Shown here: positions 58,798 through 64,000 of the stretch, in pieces | Numbering within the stretch: position 1 is the stretch's first letter | How the letters are laid out: every line of letters starts with the position of its first letter | Source of the DNA: Phycisphaerales bacterium | GTDB lineage: Bacteria; Planctomycetota; Phycisphaerae; Phycisphaerales; UBA1924 | Direction: 5' to 3' | DNA: 64,000 nt | Assembly: GCA_965227775.1 (NCBI GenBank) | Contig: OZ245777.1 | Span: 864,001 to 928,000 of the forward strand | The notes under the pieces: model-generated | The model's input: only the letters and a program-made list of their open reading frames with translations | The model's database searches: none | Told to the model about the DNA's origin: nothing | Position numbers and translations under genes: made by a program

Positions 58798-59945
58798 CAG
58801 GCGTCTCCTTCCGATGCCACGGGTTCGGTCGCTTCGTCGTACCCTGGCGTGCTCTTGCGAGCTTCATCGCCGCCGTACGCGTCAATGACCCTCTGAACGA
58901 GCGCGTGCCGCACGACGTCCTCACGCGTGAGGGTGGCAAACGCCACGCCGCGCACGCGTCGGAGTCGTCGGGCCGCATCGATGAGCCCGCTGCCCGCCGG
59001 CTCGTCGATGTCGACTTGCGTTGGGTCGCCCGTTACGATCATGCGCGAGCCCTCGCCCATGCGCGTCAGGAACATCTGCATCTGCCCGATGGTGCTGTTC
59101 TGCGCCTCATCGAGCAGGATGGCGGCCTGATTGAGCGTGCGTCCACGCATGAACGCCAGCGGCGCGATCTCGATCACCCCGCTCTCCATGAAGCGCTCCA
59201 TCGTGCCCACGTCCATCATGTCGTACAGCGCGTCGAGCAACGGGCGCAGGTACGGGTGCACCTTTGCCTGCATGTCGCCGGGCAGGAAGCCCAGACGCTC
59301 GCCTGCCTCAACGGCCGGTCGCACGAGCACGAGCTTGCGCACGCGATCGGTCCGCAGCAGGTGTACGGCCGCCGCCACGGCCAGATACGTCTTGCCCGTG
59401 CCCGCCGGCCCCATGCCGAAGACGAGCTCGTGCGTGCGGATAGCCTCGAGGTAGTGCGCCTGACCGGGCGTGCGCGCACGGATCTGCCGCCCGCCGCTGT
59501 ACACAGCCAGCGGGCCCTCCCACGCCTCGCCCTCACGCGGCGGCACCCGTGTCGGGTTGCGCCCTGCCTGCCGGCCGAGCGCCTCGACGCCCGGCGTGGT
59601 CGAGACGTCTGGGTAGGTCGAGTCGCCCGCCGACATCAGCCCGCCCGATGCCGCCTCGGCCAGCATCTGCAGCACGTCGGCCGTCGACGCCCGCCCGCCG
59701 CGACGCAGCACCGCGCGGAGGAACCGTTCGGCCGCTCGCACGCCCTCTTCTTGCCCGCTGATGCGCACGATGCCGCCACGGGGCGTCACGGAGACGCCCA
59801 GCCCCTCGCGGAGCAGGCGTACGTTTCGGTCATGAACCCCGAGCACCCGAACCGGATCGGGGCCGATGGGAAACTCGATGGTCAGTTCCAAACGCCGGCC
59901 TCCGGGCCCGGTGCCACCACGGACCCTCATGGTCAGTTTCGTCAC
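58797..59945 (-). CDS. phoH: PhoH-like ATPase (YbeZ type)
   Basis: GPAGTGKTYLA, RPAVEAGERLGFLPG, FMRGRTL, DEAQN and GDPTQVD motifs. Confidence 0.93.
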   Translation of the reverse strand: MTKLTMRVRGGTGPGGRRLELTIEFPIGPDPVRVLGVHDRNVRLLREGLGVSVTPRGGIVRISGQEEGVRAAERFLRAVLRRGGRASTADVLQMLAEAASGGLMSAGDSTYPDVSTTPGVEALGRQAGRNPTRVPPREGEAWEGPLAVYSGGRQIRARTPGQAHYLEAIRTHELVFGMGPAGTGKTYLAVAAAVHLLRTDRVRKLVLVRPAVEAGERLGFLPGDMQAKVHPYLRPLLDALYDMMDVGTMERFMESGVIEIAPLAFMRGRTLNQAAILLDEAQNSTIGQMQMFLTRMGEGSRMIVTGDPTQVDIDEPAGSGLIDAARRLRRVRGVAFATLTREDVVRHALVQRVIDAYGGDEARKSTPGYDEATEPVASEGDA

Positions 59946-59987
59946 GAGGCCAATCGTACCTGAGCCCCAATCGCCGGGCGGAGCGAA

Positions 59988-60386
59988 ATGCGAACAATCT
60001 CCTACCTTCTTGCGTCGGCTCTGCTGCTGACCGCCGCCGGCTGCGGCGTTGGCCCCGACCGGAACCTGGAGCCGACCGACGGCCCGAGTGTTCTCGGACC
60101 CGTGCCCGGCGATCGCGACGACGTTCCGCGGGCGCTGCTCGTCGGTCTCGAGGCGGCCCAGGGCGCCCTGCTGGCCGGCGCGTGGGACGGCGACACCTAT
60201 GGAGCGTCCTTCATCATCGTCGAGAGCCTGGAGGGGAACGTCTCGGCCATCGACAACCGCGACGGCACGATCACCCTCCGCGCGTTCGTCGAGCCCGAGG
60301 GCGATCGCTCGACCCAGCAGGTCCTGCTCGATGCCTGGGCCAATCGCCTGCGTCAGCTCAACGGTGTGGATTGGGCGCCAAGGTAG
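59988..60386 (+). CDS. Hypothetical lipoprotein
   Basis: MRTISYLLASALLLTAAGC lipobox; SD GGAG. Confidence 0.75.
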   Translation: MRTISYLLASALLLTAAGCGVGPDRNLEPTDGPSVLGPVPGDRDDVPRALLVGLEAAQGALLAGAWDGDTYGASFIIVESLEGNVSAIDNRDGTITLRAFVEPEGDRSTQQVLLDAWANRLRQLNGVDWAPR

Positions 60387-60389
60387 CCG

Positions 60390-61772
60390 CTACGCCGCGT
60401 CGTCCGAGCGACCGCGCTCGGGCTCGGGCGGCACAGCGCCAGTGAGCTCGACGGTCATCGTCGTCCCCCGCTGCCACACGCTCTTCACGCGGATGGTGCC
60501 GCCCAGCGTGCGCACGGCGTGCTTCACGATCGCTAGGCCGAGCCCCGTGCCGCGCGCGATCTTGCTGCCATCGCGCGACGCGTCGACCTGGTAGAACCTC
60601 TCAAAGATGCGCTGCTGCATTGGCAGCGGAATGCCCACGCCGTGGTCGATGACCTCGAACACGCAACTGCGCGGCCCGTCTGCCTCGCTCACCTCGCCGC
60701 TCTCTTCGATGCTGCCCGACACGAGCACCTCGTCGCCCTCCTTGCTGAACTTGATCGCGTTCTCGATCAGGTTCCGAAGGATGATCGTGAGCAGGTTGCG
60801 ATCGGTGCGGAGATTCTCGAGCGCTGGGTCGAATTCGAACCGCAGCGTTACGTTGCCGCGCTCGCACATGGGCTCGAAGCTCTCGCTCAGCACACGCACC
60901 AGTTCGCTTGCGGGAACCAGCGACAGCCGCACCGATCCCTCGAGCGCTTCAAGCCTCGACAGGTCGAGCAGGTCGCGGATGAGGTCTTCGAGGCGGAGCA
61001 CGTTCTCGTCGAGCATCGACAGCAGCCGCGTGCGCATGACCGCGTCCTCGCTTGCGGGGCCCTGCAGCGTATCGACGGCGCCGCGCAGTGCTGCGATGGG
61101 CGTGCGCAGCTCGTGCGACGCGTTGGCCGCGAAGTCGGTGCGGATCTCGAGCGCTCGCGACAGCTCGCTCACGTCGCGCAACACCAGCACGACGCCGCGT
61201 CCGGGTGCGCCACCCACCGGCGGGATCGGCATCGCCGACATGTCGGCCACGCGTGAGCCCTGCTCACCCGCGAAGGTCACGCGCCGGCGGTTCGCTTCAC
61301 CGCGTGATGCGCGCGCGTGCATCGAGAGCGCCTCCGCGTTTGTGAACACCTCGTCGATTGGCCGTGCAAGGAGATCGTCGCGCGACATCTCCAGCCACTG
61401 TGCGCCCGCATCGTTGACCTGCACCACCGTCTGACGCCCGTCGCACACGAGCACCGGCTCGTCGAGCGATTCGAGCACCGTGGCGAGCTCCTCGTACGCC
61501 GAGCGGAACGATGCCGTCGTTTCTTCGGCGCGCCTGGCCCTTCGTTCTGCGACGACGATCGCGCCCATGCGTGCGACGGTTGCTCGCCACACGCACCCCG
61601 CCGCCAGCACGATGAAGATCGCCGAAATCCATCCGGGCGCACCCAGAATCGCCAGCACACCCGCGACGCCCGCCGCCACGCTCGCGCACACGAACCAGCG
61701 TTGGCCTCGCGCAATCGCCACGGCTGCTTCCGTTTCGGCGGTCTTAGGCGGGGGCGAGCTCATGTACGGCAC
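60390..61772 (-). CDS. phoR: PhoR-like sensor histidine kinase
   Basis: Two TM, PAS domain, DFAANASHELRTP H-box, NLIENAIKF, IFERFYQVD and GTGLGLAIVKH. Confidence 0.88.
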   Translation of the reverse strand: MPYMSSPPPKTAETEAAVAIARGQRWFVCASVAAGVAGVLAILGAPGWISAIFIVLAAGCVWRATVARMGAIVVAERRARRAEETTASFRSAYEELATVLESLDEPVLVCDGRQTVVQVNDAGAQWLEMSRDDLLARPIDEVFTNAEALSMHARASRGEANRRRVTFAGEQGSRVADMSAMPIPPVGGAPGRGVVLVLRDVSELSRALEIRTDFAANASHELRTPIAALRGAVDTLQGPASEDAVMRTRLLSMLDENVLRLEDLIRDLLDLSRLEALEGSVRLSLVPASELVRVLSESFEPMCERGNVTLRFEFDPALENLRTDRNLLTIILRNLIENAIKFSKEGDEVLVSGSIEESGEVSEADGPRSCVFEVIDHGVGIPLPMQQRIFERFYQVDASRDGSKIARGTGLGLAIVKHAVRTLGGTIRVKSVWQRGTTMTVELTGAVPPEPERGRSDDAA

Positions 61773-62538
61773 GGTAGCCCACGCCGCGGACGGTCTTGAT
61801 GTGCCGGCCCCACTGGCCCATCTTGCGGCGGATGCTCGTGATGTGCACGTCGATGGTCCGCTCGGTCACCGTCACGCCCGGGCCCATCGCGTGGTTCATC
61901 AGCGCGCTGCGAGACAGCACCTTGCCGTCCGCCTCGATCAGTGCCGAGAGCAGCCTGAACTCGGTGAGCGTGAAGGGGATGGTTTCGCCCTCGAGGGTCG
62001 CCTCGTGCGTTTCCAGATCGAGCGCCACCCCGCCCAGGCGGAGCACCTGCTCGCTCACCCGGTTGCGGCCCTGGGTGCGGCGGAACACCGCCTCCACGCG
62101 CGCCATCAGGATCTTCATCGAGAACGGCTTGGTGACGTAGTCGTCGGCACCCACCGTCAGCCCGACCACCTGGTCCACCTCGTCGGCCTTGGCCGTCAGC
62201 ATGATGATGGGAACGTGGCTGATGCTCTTGTCCGCTCGGATCTGCCGGGCGACCTCGGTGCCCGACAAGTCAGGCAGCATCAGGTCGAGCAGCACCAGGT
62301 CCGGCCCGAGCGCTCGGGCCTTCGAGACGCCGTCCGGCCCTGTGTGGGCCGTTATCGTCCTATAACCATTGTTGCGGAGGTTGTACTCGAGCAGATCGGA
62401 GAGGTCGCGCTCGTCCTCCACGATCAGAACCAGCTTCTCGACCGCCTTCTGGCTGCTTGCGACCATGCCCTCATCCTCTTCAACGTCCCGCTTGGCCCGG
62501 GCTCGGGCCCTGTCGGGCGTCGGATTGTTGGGCGTCAT
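61744..62538 (-). CDS. phoB: PhoB-like OmpR-family response regulator
   Basis: LIVEDE, LLDLMLP, GADDYVTKPFS and ERTIDVHITSIRRK...TVRGVGY; alternative start 62466. Confidence 0.85.
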   Translation of the reverse strand: MTPNNPTPDRARARAKRDVEEDEGMVASSQKAVEKLVLIVEDERDLSDLLEYNLRNNGYRTITAHTGPDGVSKARALGPDLVLLDLMLPDLSGTEVARQIRADKSISHVPIIMLTAKADEVDQVVGLTVGADDYVTKPFSMKILMARVEAVFRRTQGRNRVSEQVLRLGGVALDLETHEATLEGETIPFTLTEFRLLSALIEADGKVLSRSALMNHAMGPGVTVTERTIDVHITSIRRKMGQWGRHIKTVRGVGYRAVHELAPA

Positions 62539-62646
62539 GGCATGGCTCCCAGGCAGGGTACACACGACTTTAACATATCTTCGCATTCAAAAGAAGATTC
62601 TGGTGTCCACTGACGCATCCGGCCGAAAAACTGATCGGACGCGTAG

Positions 62647-62675
62647 TTGGCAAGGGCTAAGTTGCTTGCTACGAT
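62647..62675 (+). promoter_or_regulatory. Sigma-70-like promoter for the porin transcript
   Basis: TTGGCA-N17-TACGAT with a TG-extended -10. Confidence 0.55.
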
Positions 62676-63043
62676 CTCGGCTTCCCGCCCGGGTGACGGG
62701 CCGAAGCCATGCGGAACACGGCCGTTCAAAGCGGTCTCCGCAACGATTCGAAGGCTTGCCAAGGTGTGGCCTCGAGAAAGGCCAGGCCAGCACAAGCCAG
62801 AAAGATGGGTTACCTCCGGCGTCTTGGGGATGCCGGTCTTGGCTGACGACTCTGGCTCAGGACGAGCCAACGGCAGCCGTGCTTGGGGGCTCATGGTCGA
62901 GCCCGATGGGTCGGTGGCGTGGGTGGAACCCCAGTTCATCGGCAACGACGTGCTACCGGCCAATGCAACGTGCGGCCGGGCACGCTGGTGGAGTCGGGCG
63001 GCCAATCTTCCGCCCCTGAATCTCGAAGAAGGAGTCTCGTACG

Positions 63044-64000
63044 ATGAGTCACACGAAGGCCACAGTGCTGCTCGCGGGCCTCGCCATGGGCCTTGGTGGC
63101 ACGGCGATCGCTCAGACCTCGAGCCTGGACGAAGCCCGCTCGTTCGCCGCGGAAACCCGCAGCGACGCCTCGCGCGCCACGCTCAGCCAGGGTGCCGCGA
63201 CCGGTCCGACCGTGTTCGGCCGCCTGCAGTTCCAGTACAACGTCACCCTGATCGATGACCCGGTGCCCGCCACCGGCGAGGACTACGCCAACGGCTTCCA
63301 GAACCGCCGCGCCCGCCTGGGTGCCAAGGGCGAAGTCGGCGAGTTCGACTACTACGTCCAGGGTAACTTCGCTCGTAACGGCGGCAGCTTCGAGCTGCTG
63401 GACTACCACATCAGCGTGCCCGTTCCCGGCATGGAGGACGACGCCAAGCTGAAGTTCGGTCAGTTCAAGGCTCCGTTCCTGTACGAGGAGCTGGTCTCCT
63501 CGGGCAGCCAGCCGCTGGTCGATCGCTCGTTCACCAACAGCCGCTTCAGCCAAGGCCGCAGCCAGGGCGTCTCGTTCATCTACGCCGGTAACGAGGACGA
63601 CGACTACAAGGTCGAGGTCAACTTCTCCGACGGCTTCAACTCGGCCAACACCGGCTTCGCGAGCACGGCCGAGGCCGACTTCGCCATCGGTGGCCGCTTT
63701 GACTACAAGGTCCAAGGCGCCTGGAGCGACTTCAAGGACTTCACCGCGACGCAGGATCAGGAGCAGGCCCTCCGCTTCGGTGGTGCCATCTTCTACCAGC
63801 AGGGTGACGGCACCTATGCCCTGGGCAGCGGTGCGACCACCGAGCTCGACCTGCTGAGCATTACCGTTGACGGTCAGTGGGAGAGCAACGGCATCACCGT
63901 GTACGGTGCGTTCATCTTCCAGGACGCCGACGCCGGTGCTGCTGGCGATGTCTCCGATATGGGCTTCGTCGCCCAGGCGTCGTATCGCTTCAACGAGAAC
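63044..64000 (+). CDS. Phosphate-selective porin O/P-like outer-membrane protein (3' truncated; absent from the ORF track)
   Basis: Translated by hand: SD AAGGAG, signal peptide MSHTKATVLLAGLAMGLGGTAIA, GRLQFQY, FQNRRARL, KFGQFKAPF..EEL.SS...DRS; divergent from phoB. Confidence 0.85.
   Translation, partial: MSHTKATVLLAGLAMGLGGTAIAQTSSLDEARSFAAETRSDASRATLSQGAATGPTVFGRLQFQYNVTLIDDPVPATGEDYANGFQNRRARLGAKGEVGEFDYYVQGNFARNGGSFELLDYHISVPVPGMEDDAKLKFGQFKAPFLYEELVSSGSQPLVDRSFTNSRFSQGRSQGVSFIYAGNEDDDYKVEVNFSDGFNSANTGFASTAEADFAIGGRFDYKVQGAWSDFKDFTATQDQEQALRFGGAIFYQQGDGTYALGSGATTELDLLSITVDGQWESNGITVYGAFIFQDADAGAAGDVSDMGFVAQASYRFNEN

Overview
GC-rich (roughly two-thirds G+C by eye), gene-dense bacterial chromosome segment. 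It is almost certainly from a Planctomycetota/Phycisphaerales genome: it carries GC-type dockerin-like C-termini, a LEPRxLL leader protein, a DUF1559-like prepilin protein and VPLP/PEP-CTERM-like sorting tails. Most of the window is housekeeping: speA, thiL, tsaE, exbBD, mgtE, mutM, ECF sigma/anti-sigma, gatA, dapA, skp-lpxD-lpxC, dnaE, ispE, coaD, lysS, rpsU, class II DAHP synthase, dus, pgpH-like/phoH, phoR-phoB and a phosphate-porin-like gene. I saw no rRNA, tRNA, CRISPR array or transposase. Main signals worth follow-up: (1) three tandem, independently terminated VPLP-CTERM surface proteins, each with a single Cys in FC[VI]D plus FQ[IL]AVW and QDQ[MI] motifs, matching Cys-Gln thioester 'chemical harpoon' domains best known from Gram-positive adhesins; (2) a TsaE-YacG fusion whose YacG part has lost three of four zinc ligands; (3) an unannotated 6S-RNA-like rod with its own terminator; (4) a DnaA-box/IHF-like/AT-rich oriC candidate beside a membrane-tethered HTH protein; (5) a 307-aa acid-free histone/protamine-like repeat protein; (6) an 18-bp AT-rich palindrome between an HTH-like protein gene and a dockerin-tagged FG-GAP gene; (7) a widespread TAnnnT-N5-9-start leaderless promoter pattern. 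All calls come from reading the sequence and recognising motifs; no searches were run.
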